Assembly (NCBI GenBank): GCA_035536115.1 | Contig: DATLOU010000014.1 | Location: 2,937 to 66,936 of the forward strand | Direction of reading: 5' to 3' | Origin: Rhizomicrobium sp. | GTDB lineage: Bacteria > Pseudomonadota > Alphaproteobacteria > Micropepsales > Micropepsaceae | Length of the DNA: 64,000 bases | Shown: positions 1 through 9,573 of the stretch, piece by piece | Layout of the letters: every line of letters starts with the position of its first letter | Numbering within the stretch: the first letter of the stretch is position 1 | The notes under the pieces: model-generated | Told to the model about the DNA's origin: nothing | Databases searched by the model: none | The model's input: only the letters and a program-made list of their open reading frames with translations | Translations under genes and position numbers: made by a program

Positions 1-34
1 ATTCTTCGCCGATGCCGACTCCGATCTTTGTCAT
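1..34 (-). CDS. 5' end of an unidentified gene running off the left edge (N-terminus MTKIGVGIGEE...)
   Basis: Minus-strand ATG at 34 with an AAGGAG Shine-Dalgarno (rc of 42-47) 7 nt upstream. Only 11 codons are visible, so the product cannot be identified. Confidence 0.3.
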   Translation of the reverse strand, partial: MTKIGVGIGEE

Positions 35-76
35 GGTCTGACTCCTTGATGGGGGCCATCGATTGGCCCGTATCCC

Positions 77-130
77 TATAATCATCATATAATCATCAAA
101 CGTCAAGACCTATCATCAAATATTCATCAG
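77..130. promoter_or_regulatory. AT-rich intergenic region with four ATCATCA-core repeats (candidate operator/promoter)
   Basis: tataatcatca occurs at 77-87 and again at 88-98 as a perfect tandem 11-mer. Related tatcatcaaa lies at 111-120 and tattcatcag at 121-130. The region sits just upstream of the minus-strand gene start at 34 and is visibly AT-rich against a GC-rich background. Confidence 0.3.
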
Positions 131-276
131 ACAATTATTTAGTCCGTAAATCAATGAGTTGAAAGGCGGATTCGATAAAATGCAGCCTTCTTCGCTACGA
201 AAAAACGATCTTTTGCAGCTAGCCAAGCGGTTGCAGGCGACCAAAGGCGACTGCGCGACCGCTCTGGAGGGCAGCG

Positions 277-648
277 ATGGCTCACTTGGAACTCATCATG
301 ATGATCGGCGGAATCTGCATAATGGTAGCGTCCACATACGTTCTGCCTGGCGCGATAAACGCTACACAACGAGCGGCCACGAGTTTCGTCCCGATGGACG
401 GCCTTCTAGGATGGCGCTTCGACTTGTACTGGGGCTGCGTTTGGAGCGGCCTGCTTCTGGTTCAGGTCGCCAATATCCTCGGCCACGTTCGGCCCGACGG
501 AACCTTTCAACTCTCGTCTCTTACTTTGGCGTGGACTGCGGCCGTCCTCCTCCTTTGCGGGATTTGCGCTGGCCGTCTGCTCCTACGCGCGGAGTTGCGC
601 CGGTACGAAGGAAGGCGCGACGAACCAGACCGTGCCGCAAGCCCATAG
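277..648 (+). CDS. hypothetical small membrane protein (about 3-4 hydrophobic helices)
   Basis: 123-aa ORF with hydrophobic segments (LIMMIGGICIMVASTYVL, YWGCVWSGLLLVQVANIL, LAWTAAVLLLCGICAG) and mostly G/C third positions. It competes with overlapping low-complexity ORFs. I recognise no family. Confidence 0.4.
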   Translation: MAHLELIMMIGGICIMVASTYVLPGAINATQRAATSFVPMDGLLGWRFDLYWGCVWSGLLLVQVANILGHVRPDGTFQLSSLTLAWTAAVLLLCGICAGRLLLRAELRRYEGRRDEPDRAASP

Positions 649-769
649 CGCGGCGTCCAATCGAAGCAATTTGGGCATTCCGTCAAAGACTTGCTCGGTA
701 CGGCCCAACTTTGCCACGGAAAAGCCAGTTTCACGGGCGAGCGTTCGCGCGCACGGATTCGGGCGGGCG

Positions 770-1009
770 ATGGCGGTCTTCTATCTCAGTGTGCGCGTCG
801 GCGACGAGGTCATCCGCGACCGCCAGGCCTACGAGTTTCCCACCGCGCAGGATGCGCGCGACCTCGCCATCCATGCCGTGCACGAACTCATCACGCTCAA
901 TCCGGACGATGTCGAGCTCGAGCGCCGGCAGATCGAAATCGCCGATGCCACGGGCCACGCGATTTCGGTCGTCGATCTCAGCGAAGTGGCCCCTTATCTG
1001 CGGAGTTAA
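770..1009 (+). CDS. DUF6894-like small protein
   Basis: The internal ATG at 770 of ORF 632-1009 gives a 79-aa protein, MAVFYLSVRVGDEVIRDRQAYEFPTAQDARDLAIHAVHELI.... This resembles the 'MxRYFFHLxDGxxxxxDxEGxELPDxxAAR' small-protein family common in Rhizobiales (from memory). Confidence 0.5.
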   Translation: MAVFYLSVRVGDEVIRDRQAYEFPTAQDARDLAIHAVHELITLNPDDVELERRQIEIADATGHAISVVDLSEVAPYLRS

Positions 1010-1015
1010 TATTTC

Positions 1016-1037
1016 CTCCCCCGTTTACGGCGGGGAG
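1016..1037 (+). repeat. GC-rich hairpin (ctcccc...ggggag) just after the stop at 1009
   Basis: ctcccc (1016-1021) pairs with ggggag (1032-1037) around a gttta-type loop. There is no T-run. The shape is similar to the hairpin at 22494-22513. Confidence 0.3.
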
Positions 1038-1292
1038 ATAGTGCCATCTCGAATCCGAGCCACACTTCGGGCGCCGCCAAAAGTGAGGAAGTGGGGCAAT
1101 ATTTTCGTTGTGCTGATTCACCAATCTTGAAGGCGGCGCTATCGGGCTTTGGTCCATAGTCTGTGCAGTTGGGTATGTGCAATCGGATACGGTCCAGCGG
1201 TCGTTTCGTCGGTGAGAAGGCTGTGTGGGGCTTTCGGCAAGACTTGGAGAGATGTATCAATGTCTTCTCAATGACATAGCAAGGGGCGTGCT

Positions 1293-2123
1293 ATGGCGAC
1301 TGCTGCAGAACACTTTTCCTTCGACGAGCGACGGTCAGACCTTCTTTCAGGCACCTCGCGCGCGCATGCGATCGACCGGTGGATCTTCGTGTTTACGGCG
1401 GCACTGTTCGTCGCGATTGTGTTGACTGGATTCATCCCCGATTCACTGGGGAAGATCGCCATGGTGCAGGCTGGGACGAGGCCTCCGTTCCCCATCGTGC
1501 TGCACGTGCACGCGGTGCTCATGGCGTCATTCATGGCACTCTTACTTGCGCAAACGACGCTGGTGTCAACGGGACGGTACGAGTTGCACATGCGGGTCGG
1601 GATCGCTGCCTTCGTGATCGCTCCGCTGCTGGTGCTGGTCGGATTCATTCTTGTCCCAACGATGTATCACCAAGCGTCGGATGCACTTCGCGCAGCAACG
1701 ACACCGGAGGCTCGCGAGAAACTGCGGCAAGCCCTGCTACACAAGGACAACATCATGTTGCTGCAGTTCCGCATCGGGATCCTCTTTCCGCTTTTCCTGG
1801 CGCTCGGACTGCGGGCGCGAGGACGGAATGCCGGGCTGCACAAGCGCATGATGATCCTTGCGTCGGCCATTCCGTTAGGAGCAGGCATCGATCGCATCGC
1901 CTGGTTGCCGACAACGTTGCCGGCGCTCCCGCTTTCGTCGGACCTCTATATTTTGGGCGCCCTAGCGCCGATGTTCGCGTGGGATGTGATGCGCAACCGT
2001 CGGATGCACGAGGCCTATTTCGTCTGGTTGGGTTTATGTGTGCCAGTCAGTCTGCTGGTCTATGCGTTGTGGGACACGCCGTGGTGGCATGCGACGGCTG
2101 AGTGGTTGATGGGCGTGGCCTAG
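1293..2123 (+). CDS. multi-pass inner-membrane protein of unknown function
   Basis: 276-aa ORF with about 6-7 hydrophobic helices (WIFVFTAALFVAIVLTGFI, LMASFMALLLAQTTLV, IAAFVIAPLLVLVGFILV, GILFPLFLALGL and others). Codon usage is coherent. No family assigned. Confidence 0.6.
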   Translation: MATAAEHFSFDERRSDLLSGTSRAHAIDRWIFVFTAALFVAIVLTGFIPDSLGKIAMVQAGTRPPFPIVLHVHAVLMASFMALLLAQTTLVSTGRYELHMRVGIAAFVIAPLLVLVGFILVPTMYHQASDALRAATTPEAREKLRQALLHKDNIMLLQFRIGILFPLFLALGLRARGRNAGLHKRMMILASAIPLGAGIDRIAWLPTTLPALPLSSDLYILGALAPMFAWDVMRNRRMHEAYFVWLGLCVPVSLLVYALWDTPWWHATAEWLMGVA

Positions 2124-2378
2124 CTCCGGCCGGGCATTCATCTGTCCCGGTTCCGTCAGGTTCGCCGCTACGAACGTGCTACCAAAAGCGGCGGAGGCGG
2201 CGTCGTACAAGGACAACCCAGTTCCCACCCGATTGCCAACTATCGCTTTGTGGCGCCTTGAATTGAAGGAGCAGGTTGGCTGGGATCGATGATTTCCGGA
2301 GAACCAGGTAGTTGTCGAATTGTTGGCACGAAGCAGAGGACGAATCAGAGGCCATGTGGCGGGTAAACCAGAGCGCCG

Positions 2379-3119
2379 CTAGCGCCAGCCGCGTTCTTTC
2401 TCGATTCTGTCGAAGGCGGCGTTGATCACAGCGAGCTTGTCGGTGGCGAGACGGATGAATTCTTCCGGCACGCCGCGCGCGATCAGCTTGTCGGGATGGT
2501 TTTCGCGCACCAGGAGGCGATAGGTCGCGCGCACTTCGTCGTCGCCGGCATCATGCGCGACACCCAGGATGACATAGGGATCGTTCTTGTCGGGCCCGAC
2601 ATGGGCGGCGCGGATGCGGCGATATTCGCCCGGCGTGAAGCCGAAGATGTCGGCGACGCGACCAAGATACGCATCTTCGCCGGGATGAAAGACGCCGTCC
2701 GCCTTCGCGATCTCGAAGAGGCCGTCGAGAATGTCCTCGAGCAGCGCCGGATTGCCGACGAGCATCTTGGCGATCTGCGCCGCATAGGCCTCGAACCCCG
2801 CGGTATCCTGTTGCGCCAGGCGGAAGATGCGATCGACGCTCGCCTGCTCGTTCGGCGCAACGCGAAAGAGACGGTGGAAGGTCTCGATTTCGTCCTCCGT
2901 CACCGTGCCGTCGGCCTTCGCCATCTTGGCGGCGAGCGCGATCATCGCGATCGTGAAGACGATGCCCGGCGCCTCGCCAGGCTCGAGCGATGGCACCTCG
3001 CGATCGATCAGGAAATGCCCCGCCAGCGCGCCGATCAGCGCGCCGACCGGCCCGCCGCCGAGCATGAATCCGGCTGCGGCGCCGCCAAGCTTTCCCAAGA
3101 TGGACATGGTGGAAAGCAA
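2379..3119 (-). CDS. djlA: DjlA-like co-chaperone (N-terminal TM segment, TerB-like domain, C-terminal J domain)
   Basis: The C-terminus DPYVILGVAHDAGDDEVRATYRLLVRENHPDK carries the HPD J-domain motif. A glycine-rich TM segment lies at the N-terminus and the middle region is TerB-like. Confidence 0.8.
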   Translation of the reverse strand: MLSTMSILGKLGGAAAGFMLGGGPVGALIGALAGHFLIDREVPSLEPGEAPGIVFTIAMIALAAKMAKADGTVTEDEIETFHRLFRVAPNEQASVDRIFRLAQQDTAGFEAYAAQIAKMLVGNPALLEDILDGLFEIAKADGVFHPGEDAYLGRVADIFGFTPGEYRRIRAAHVGPDKNDPYVILGVAHDAGDDEVRATYRLLVRENHPDKLIARGVPEEFIRLATDKLAVINAAFDRIEKERGWR

Positions 3120-3137
3120 TAGGACAATCTGGCGGGC

Positions 3138-6100
3138 ATGTCAGCTTCGACCGGCGCTTGGAATTTCTATATCGACCGCGGCGGAACCTTCACCGACGTG
3201 GTGGCCGAGGCGCCGGATGGCGCGCTTACGACTCTGAAGCTTCTGTCGGATTCTTCACAATACGATGATGCGGCGCTGGAAGGCATCCGCCGCGCGCTCG
3301 GCGTCGAGAGCGGAGCCGCCATTCCGTCCGCGCGCATCGGCGAAGTCCGGATGGGTACGACGGTCGCGACCAACGCGCTCTTGACGCGAAGCGGCGAACC
3401 GACCGTTCTCATCACGACGCGCGGGTTCAGGGATCAGCTGCGCATCGGTTACCAGAACCGGCCGAAGCTGTTCACGCTCAGGATCGATCTCCCCGACATG
3501 CTGTACGACGGCGTGATCGAGGCGGATGAACGCGTCACGGCTGAGGGCGAAGTGCTGCGCGCGCTCGACGAAGGCGACTTGCGGCAACAGCTCGCCGCTG
3601 TGCGCCGGCGCGGCATCGCGGCTTGCGCCATCGTGTTCCTGCATGGCTTCCGCTTCCCGGCGCATGAGGCGCGCGCGGCCGAACTGGCGCGCGCGGCGGG
3701 CTTCACGCAAATCTCGACCAGTCATGCATGCGTGCCGCTCATGAAATTCGTCTCGCGCGGCGATACGACCGTGGCGGATGCCTATCTCTCGCCGGCCCTT
3801 GCCCGCTACACGCGTCGCGTCGCGGCTGAACTCGGCAAGACCAGAGTGTTTTTCATGACGTCGAATGGCGGACTTGCGGCACCGGAATTCTTCCGCGGCA
3901 AGGATGCGATCGTCTCAGGTCCGGCCGGCGGCGTGGTCGGCATGGCGGAAACGGCCCGCGCGGCAGGCTTCGCGCACGTCATCGGCTTCGACATGGGCGG
4001 CACTTCGACCGACGTCGCGCGCTTCGACGGCACGTTCGAACGCGTCTATGAGAACGAGGTCGCCGGCGTCAGGCTTAGAACGCCGATGCTCGCGCTCCAC
4101 ACGGTGGCGGCCGGCGGCGGCTCGACCCTGCACTATGACGGCGCACGCTTTCGCGTCGGGCCTGACTCCGCCGGCGCCGATCCGGGTCCGCTGAGTTATG
4201 GCCGCGGCGGTCCGCTCACCGTCACCGACGCCAATGTCATGGTGGGAAAGCTGAACGGCCAATATTTTCCCCGCTTGTTCGGTGCAAAAGGCGATGCGCC
4301 GCTTGACGAGATTGCGGTCCGCGCAGCGTTCGCCGACCTCGCCCGCACCATCGGCAAGGCGCCGGAGGAGGTCGCGGATGGCTTCATCCGCATTGCCGTC
4401 GAGAACATGGCCAATGCGATCCGCAAGATCTCCGTCGCCAAGGGCTATGATGCGCGCAGCTACAGTCTCAACTGTTTCGGCGGCGCCGGCGGGCAGCATG
4501 CCTGTCTCGTCGCCGATGCGCTCGGCATGAAGACGGTCTTCATCCATGCCTTGTCGGGACTGTTGTCGGCTTATGGCATGAAGCTCGCGGCGTTGCGCAC
4601 GGTGAAGCAAGGCTTCATCGGCACGGCGCTGCCGAAGGCGAACGTCGCACTGGACGAGAAAGTTCGCGACTTGCGCGCGCAAGCCGAGGCGGAGCTCGTC
4701 GCTCAAGGCGCGCAACATGTCGAGACCACCGCGCGCGTGCATATCCGTTACGACGGCAGCGACACGACGTTGCCGATTGCGCTCGCAACGCTGGACGAGA
4801 TGGCGGACGCTTTTACGAAGGAGCATGGCCGCCAGTTCGGTTTCGGCTTCGAAGGCCGCGCGCTGATCGTGGAATCGGTGGAAGTGGAGGCGCACTCTAT
4901 TTCTCCTTCTGCCCCTCTGGGGGAGAAGGCCGGGATGAGGGGGGCTCTCTTGTCGACACCCCCTCACCCTGCCCTCTCCCTTCGAGGGGGAGAGGGAGAT
5001 GTTGCACGCATCTACTCGCATGGCGCGTGGCACGATGCGCCCGTTCTGCGTTCCGCGGAGCGCGGCGTCGATGGTCCCGCGCTCGTCGTCGAAGCGCATC
5101 AGACGATCGTCGTCGAACCTGGCTGGCACGCCCAAGCGAACGGGCATGGCGTCGTCCTCACGCGCATCGTCGAACGGAGCGAGACGAAGGCGCGCGCGAG
5201 CGTCGATCCCGTCCTTCTGGAAGTGTTCGCCAATCTCTTCATGGCGATCGCCGAGGAGATGGGCGTGGTGCTGCAGAACACCGCCACCAGCGTGAACATC
5301 AAGGAGCGGCTGGATTTCTCCTGCGCGCTGTTCGACGCCGAGGCAGGATTGGTCGCCAACGCGCCACACATGCCGGTGCATCTGGGTTCGATGGGCGACT
5401 GTGTCACCGCGATCATGAAGAAACATCCCGACATGCGCGAAGGCGAGGCGTTCGTGACCAACGCGCCGTATGACGGCGGCACGCATCTGCCCGATATTAC
5501 CGTCGTCATGCCCGTGTTCGTCGACGGCGTGCGCTCCTTTTATGTCGCGGCGCGCGGACACCACGCCGATATCGGCGGCATCACACCGGGCTCAATGCCG
5601 CCCTTCTCGAAGACGATCGCCGAAGAAGGCGCCTTGTTCGACGGCATGCAGATGGTGAGCGCCGGGCGCTTCGACGAAGAGGCGGTGCGCGCGGTACTGG
5701 CATGCGGCGCCCATCCGGCGCGCAGCCCGGAACAGAACGTCGCCGATCTGAAGGCGCAAGCCGCGGCTTGTGCCAAGGGCGCCGAGGGGTTGCGCCGAGC
5801 TTGCTCCGTGTACGGACTTTCCGTCGTCAACGCCTATATGCGCCATGTCCAGGACAATGCGGAGGAGTCGGTTCGCCAGGTGATCGGCAACCTTTCCGAC
5901 GGCGAGTTCGAAATGCCGATGGACACGGGCGCCGTCATCCGCGTGAAGGTGCGTGTCGATCGCGCCCGGCGTTCGGCCAGGATCGACTTCAGCGGCACGA
6001 GCGCGCAGGCCGCCAACAATTTCAACGCGCCAGGCTCGGTGACCAAAGCGGCGGTGCTCTATGTCTTTCGCTGCCTGGTCGACAGCGACATCCCGATGAA

Positions 6101-6728
6101 TGCGGGCTGCCTGAAGCCGCTCGAGATCATCGTGCCGGATGGTTCGCTGCTTCGGCCGCGGCCGCCGGGCGCCGTGGCCGCCGGCAATGTCGAAACCAGC
6201 CAGGCGATCGTCGATGCCCTGTTCGGCGCGCTTGGCGTGATGGCGGCGGCGCAGGGGACGATGAACAACCTGACCTTCGGCAATGAGCGGCACCAATATT
6301 ACGAAACGATCTGCGGCGGCTCGGGTGCGGGTGCGCGTTTCGACGGCCAGTCTGCCGTACACACCCACATGACCAACTCGCGGCTGACCGATCCGGAAGT
6401 GCTGGAGACGCGCTATCCCGTCCTGGTCGAGGCCTTCGCCGTTCGCGCCGGCTCCGGCGGAAGGGGCGCCCACCGAGGCGGCGACGGCACGACGCGGCGC
6501 ATCCGCTTCCTGGAAGCGATGACGGCCGCCATCCTCTCGACCCGGCGCGAGACCGAGCCGTTCGGACTTGCCGGAGGCGGTGCGGGCGCAAAAGGGCGCA
6601 ACAGCGTCATCCGCCATGACGGAACCCTGATTGCGCTCAAGGGTTGCGACGAAATCGATGTCGCGCCGGGCGATGTTATCGTCATCGAAACGCCGGGCGG
6701 CGGCGGATTTGGAGGAACTTCGTCATGA
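3138..6728 (+). CDS. fused hydantoinase A/B-type 5-oxoprolinase (ATP-hydrolysing)
   Basis: 1196-aa ORF. The N-terminal half is hydantoinase/oxoprolinase (HyuA-like: [24 protein letters not shown]). The C-terminal half is HyuB-like ([33 protein letters not shown]). Confidence 0.9.
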   Translation: MSASTGAWNFYIDRGGTFTDVVAEAPDGALTTLKLLSDSSQYDDAALEGIRRALGVESGAAIPSARIGEVRMGTTVATNALLTRSGEPTVLITTRGFRDQLRIGYQNRPKLFTLRIDLPDMLYDGVIEADERVTAEGEVLRALDEGDLRQQLAAVRRRGIAACAIVFLHGFRFPAHEARAAELARAAGFTQISTSHACVPLMKFVSRGDTTVADAYLSPALARYTRRVAAELGKTRVFFMTSNGGLAAPEFFRGKDAIVSGPAGGVVGMAETARAAGFAHVIGFDMGGTSTDVARFDGTFERVYENEVAGVRLRTPMLALHTVAAGGGSTLHYDGARFRVGPDSAGADPGPLSYGRGGPLTVTDANVMVGKLNGQYFPRLFGAKGDAPLDEIAVRAAFADLARTIGKAPEEVADGFIRIAVENMANAIRKISVAKGYDARSYSLNCFGGAGGQHACLVADALGMKTVFIHALSGLLSAYGMKLAALRTVKQGFIGTALPKANVALDEKVRDLRAQAEAELVAQGAQHVETTARVHIRYDGSDTTLPIALATLDEMADAFTKEHGRQFGFGFEGRALIVESVEVEAHSISPSAPLGEKAGMRGALLSTPPHPALSLRGGEGDVARIYSHGAWHDAPVLRSAERGVDGPALVVEAHQTIVVEPGWHAQANGHGVVLTRIVERSETKARASVDPVLLEVFANLFMAIAEEMGVVLQNTATSVNIKERLDFSCALFDAEAGLVANAPHMPVHLGSMGDCVTAIMKKHPDMREGEAFVTNAPYDGGTHLPDITVVMPVFVDGVRSFYVAARGHHADIGGITPGSMPPFSKTIAEEGALFDGMQMVSAGRFDEEAVRAVLACGAHPARSPEQNVADLKAQAAACAKGAEGLRRACSVYGLSVVNAYMRHVQDNAEESVRQVIGNLSDGEFEMPMDTGAVIRVKVRVDRARRSARIDFSGTSAQAANNFNAPGSVTKAAVLYVFRCLVDSDIPMNAGCLKPLEIIVPDGSLLRPRPPGAVAAGNVETSQAIVDALFGALGVMAAAQGTMNNLTFGNERHQYYETICGGSGAGARFDGQSAVHTHMTNSRLTDPEVLETRYPVLVEAFAVRAGSGGRGAHRGGDGTTRRIRFLEAMTAAILSTRRETEPFGLAGGGAGAKGRNSVIRHDGTLIALKGCDEIDVAPGDVIVIETPGGGGFGGTSS
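4895..5000. repeat. palindromic GC-rich repeat element lying in frame inside the oxoprolinase gene
   Basis: gggagaaggccgggatgaggggg (4921-4943) is an imperfect inverted repeat of ccccctcaccctgccctctccc (4959-4980). A nested hairpin pairs ccctctccc (4972-4980) with gggagaggg (4988-4996). It translates as ...[35 protein letters not shown]... at the HyuA/HyuB junction. Confidence 0.6.
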
Positions 6729-7411
6729 CCACAGTGCTCATCACCGGCGCCAATCGCGGCATCGGATTGGAATTCGCTAAGCAATATGCCGAGGAAGGTG
6801 CCGACGTCATCGCTTGCTGCCGCGCGCCCGACAAGGCGAACGCCTTGCAGGCCTTGGCAAAAGCCAAGGGGATCGAAGTGTTGCCGCTCGATGTGACGGA
6901 ACCCAAGTCAGTCGAGGCGCTCAAGGCCACCCTGGACGGACGACCGATCGATGTCCTGATCAACAATGCCGGCGTCGGCGGGCCGCGCCACGAACCCAAA
7001 AACAGCATCGATTTCGCAGGCTGGGTCGGAACCTTCAAGACCAATTCGATTGCGCCGATGCTGGTCGCACAGGCGCTGCACGACAATCTGACGGCCGGAA
7101 AGCTCAAGAAACTTATCACCATCACCTCGATGATGGGCTCGATCTCCGGGCATGGCGGAGGCGCCTATGCCTATCGCGCCTCCAAGGCGGCGGTGAACAG
7201 CGTGATGCACGGCCTTTCCAAGGAATGGGCGAAGGACGGCATCGTCGTCGGCATCTTTCACCCGGGCTGGGTCAAGACCGACATGGGCGGCGCCAGCGCG
7301 CCGGTCACGCCCAAGGACAGCGTCACGGGCTTGCGCGCCCAGATCGCCAAGCTCTCCAAGGCGAACAGCGGCGCGTATCGTGACTATACCGGACAGGAAA
7401 TTGCGTGGTGA
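6725..7411 (+). CDS. short-chain dehydrogenase/reductase (SDR)
   Basis: [17 protein letters not shown] carries the TGxxxGIG cofactor motif, with NNAG and YRASKAA (YxxxK) downstream. The ATG at 6725 overlaps the oxoprolinase TGA (ATGA). Confidence 0.85.
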   Translation: MTTVLITGANRGIGLEFAKQYAEEGADVIACCRAPDKANALQALAKAKGIEVLPLDVTEPKSVEALKATLDGRPIDVLINNAGVGGPRHEPKNSIDFAGWVGTFKTNSIAPMLVAQALHDNLTAGKLKKLITITSMMGSISGHGGGAYAYRASKAAVNSVMHGLSKEWAKDGIVVGIFHPGWVKTDMGGASAPVTPKDSVTGLRAQIAKLSKANSGAYRDYTGQEIAW

Positions 7412-7554
7412 CTGCGCGCGAGTCGTGACGATTAATCACAAATATTTTGCAAAGGATTCACCAAGGAGATTCAACAGCGCGCGATTCGAACCAGATTGAC
7501 GCTCGCGCGTTGTTGAGCGAGCGTGAAACCGTCTCTGGGACTGGAGGGCAATCC

Positions 7555-7632
7555 ATGGTCCGTGAGTTGCAAATCATGGCAGTTGGACTCGTGTTCCTGT
7601 TTTTGGGGGCAATCGTGGTCGGCGTGTTCTGA
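7555..7632 (+). CDS. candidate 25-aa hydrophobic small protein (MVRELQIMAVGLVFLFLGAIVVGVF)
   Basis: ATG at 7555 with GGAGG (7543-7547) 7 nt upstream, one predicted TM helix, and an intrinsic terminator hairpin 27 nt downstream. No family recognised. Confidence 0.4.
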   Translation: MVRELQIMAVGLVFLFLGAIVVGVF

Positions 7633-7658
7633 AGCAAGCCGATGGGGGAAACGAAAAT

Positions 7659-7691
7659 GGCCGCGGCGCCTCAAGCACCGCGGCCTTTTTT
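7659..7691. terminator. intrinsic terminator hairpin, probably bidirectional
   Basis: ggccgcgg (7659-7666) pairs with ccgcggcc (7678-7685) and is followed by tttttt (7686-7691). On the opposite strand the hairpin is followed by cattttcg. It lies between the convergent small ORF and the SMP-30-like gene. Confidence 0.6.
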
Positions 7692-8617
7692 CATGGAACA
7701 TTTTCGATTTTGACGATGCTGCCCAAGGCCTTGGGATCATCGGGATTCTTGACCGCGGTCACATAGAGCTCGCGCCCGCCGGGTCCGAAGGCGACGTTGG
7801 TCGTGCCGAACCCTGCGGCGATGTCGAACTGGTGCAGCAGCTTGCCCGCCGGCGACAGCTTCAGGACCTTTCCGCCGGTCCACTGCGCGACATAGAGGTT
7901 GCCCTTGGCGTCGATCTTCATGCTGTCGGGCCCGAGCGACCAGGATTGGACCCGGTTCGGCGTCAACAGGTTCAGGAGGGCGAAATTGGCGCGATGCGAA
8001 AGCGTGCCATCGCCGTTGATGGCGAACTTCAGGATGCAGTTGCCGACCGTCTCGCTGACGTAAAGCGTCTTCTGGTCAGGCGATACGCCGACGCCATTGG
8101 CATAGTTGAGATCGTCCGCGACCTCCACCCAGTTTTTGCCGCCGGGCGCGAGGTAGAGGACCTTGCCGACGATCGCGCCCGGCGCGCCAGATCCCGACCA
8201 CGGGCCGAAGACGGTGGCATAGGCCCCATCGTTGGCCGTGACCACGACGTCATTGATGCCCCCGACAAACTTTGCGCCGTTCTTGTCATGGTCCCAGCGC
8301 CGCAACTCCTTGCCGGTGAGATCGAGTTCCAAAATCGCGCCGGGATCGTTGGTGCACGCGAGAAGGAAGGTGTGATGCCGGGTGAGCGCCAGTCCATTGT
8401 GGCCGCAGCCCGGCGTGCGGTTCAGGACCGTGACCGTCTTTCCATCCCACTTCGAGAGCGTGTTGGAGATCCAGCCGACGAAATAGAGATTGCCGTCCAC
8501 GAAGAGTGGACCCTCGGGCCCCTCGACATCGCGGACGATCGTCACTTCGCCTGCATGTGCGGTGGTGAGCATAGCGGCGACAGCGACGGCGATGGCGAAG
8601 AGCTTTGCTGGCGTCAT
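7691..8617 (-). CDS. secreted SMP-30/gluconolactonase/LRE-like beta-propeller protein
   Basis: Signal peptide MTPAKLFAIAVAVAAMLTTAHA from the ATG at 8617; the ORF track starts at a TTG at 8632. Propeller-type repeats are present (GPEGPLFVDGNLYFV, NGLAL, GINDVVV, ANGVGVSPD, PDSMKIDAKGNLYVA). Confidence 0.7.
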   Translation of the reverse strand: MTPAKLFAIAVAVAAMLTTAHAGEVTIVRDVEGPEGPLFVDGNLYFVGWISNTLSKWDGKTVTVLNRTPGCGHNGLALTRHHTFLLACTNDPGAILELDLTGKELRRWDHDKNGAKFVGGINDVVVTANDGAYATVFGPWSGSGAPGAIVGKVLYLAPGGKNWVEVADDLNYANGVGVSPDQKTLYVSETVGNCILKFAINGDGTLSHRANFALLNLLTPNRVQSWSLGPDSMKIDAKGNLYVAQWTGGKVLKLSPAGKLLHQFDIAAGFGTTNVAFGPGGRELYVTAVKNPDDPKALGSIVKIENVP

Positions 8618-8628
8618 GCTTTCCCCCG

Positions 8629-9540
8629 TCAATGCGCCGACGCCGGCGTGATGTAGAGCGTCTTGTCCCTGTAGGAAATGTAGAAATGGAGCTGGCGCAG
8701 AATGTTCATGCCCAATGTGAGCCTCGGCTCATCACCGGGTTGCGCGTCCGAATTCCGATTGAGATGAATCTTCGGATTGTTGACCGCCACGCCCCCGAAC
8801 TGAAGAGCCTTGAAGGGATAGTAGTAGGTGGGAATGTTCTTCATACCATTGATGAAAACGCCTTCGGCCACTTTCAAGTCAGGGTTGTCATCGGAAAGAC
8901 CGAAGAGCGCCTGGGCGGAATCGAGACTCATGTTCGACTGACTCGACCCCGTGTCGAGCAACGCCAGCACCGATTTTCCGTCTAGTTCGACGTGCAATTC
9001 GATGTGCCTGGCTTGGTCCAGACGAAAATGAAGCTCGGCATACGGTTCCTTTGTCCAGTAGACGACTTCGCCGGGACAATGATCTGCCGACATCAGATTC
9101 AGTTTGGTATTGGCGAAATCGAAATCATTGTCGAACGCGAGCAGAATGTCCGGCGCCAGGGTCCCGTCGGCACCATGCAGTACGCCATCTGGCAAAATGA
9201 GAAACTCATAGTTTGCGGCCTTCAGGTTGCCGATCAGAATGTCGTGGGCCGTGACGTAACGATCGATTCGCATGCCACCGAACATCGTCATTTCGCCGAT
9301 GACGTGACGCGTTTCAAGTCCGAGCCGAGCCGCCGTAGCCGCGGTGAGCATCGAGCCAAAGCCGCCTGTATCGACCAGAAGCTTGACCTCATGTGCGTCG
9401 ATCGTCATCGGCACCACCGCGCCACCGGCATCGTCGAAGCCCATCGGCAGAGATGCGATGGCTTTCAGGTGGCAGTCCTCAGCAGCCTGTGCCGCGGCCG
9501 TGAACAGGATCATCGAAAGGACGATGTGCGCAATCCGCAA
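8629..9540 (-). CDS. secreted bilobed retropepsin-like aspartic protease (two DTG motifs)
   Basis: TTG start at 9540 with GGGGGAG 6 nt upstream. Signal peptide MRIAHIVLSMILFTAAAQA. Two catalytic-type motifs, LLVDTGGFGS and ALLDTGSSQS, occur in one chain. Confidence 0.7.
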   Translation of the reverse strand: MRIAHIVLSMILFTAAAQAAEDCHLKAIASLPMGFDDAGGAVVPMTIDAHEVKLLVDTGGFGSMLTAATAARLGLETRHVIGEMTMFGGMRIDRYVTAHDILIGNLKAANYEFLILPDGVLHGADGTLAPDILLAFDNDFDFANTKLNLMSADHCPGEVVYWTKEPYAELHFRLDQARHIELHVELDGKSVLALLDTGSSQSNMSLDSAQALFGLSDDNPDLKVAEGVFINGMKNIPTYYYPFKALQFGGVAVNNPKIHLNRNSDAQPGDEPRLTLGMNILRQLHFYISYRDKTLYITPASAH

Positions 9541-9573
9541 AGCAAGCTCCCCCTTGCCCAGGCACCGTGACTC

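Noticed and set aside
159-1130. 323-aa plus-strand ORF spanning the left-hand region
   Set aside because: The translation is Arg/Ser/Pro/Ala-rich low complexity with no recognisable domain. It overlaps two shorter ORFs with more protein-like sequence (277-648 and 770-1009). This is typical of off-frame ORFs in GC-rich DNA.
3915-5564. 549-aa minus-strand ORF antisense to the oxoprolinase gene, plus several 80-340-aa ORFs across 3167-6784
   Set aside because: These are shadow ORFs inside a confidently identified 1196-aa gene. Their translations are Arg/Ala/Gly-rich with no motifs.
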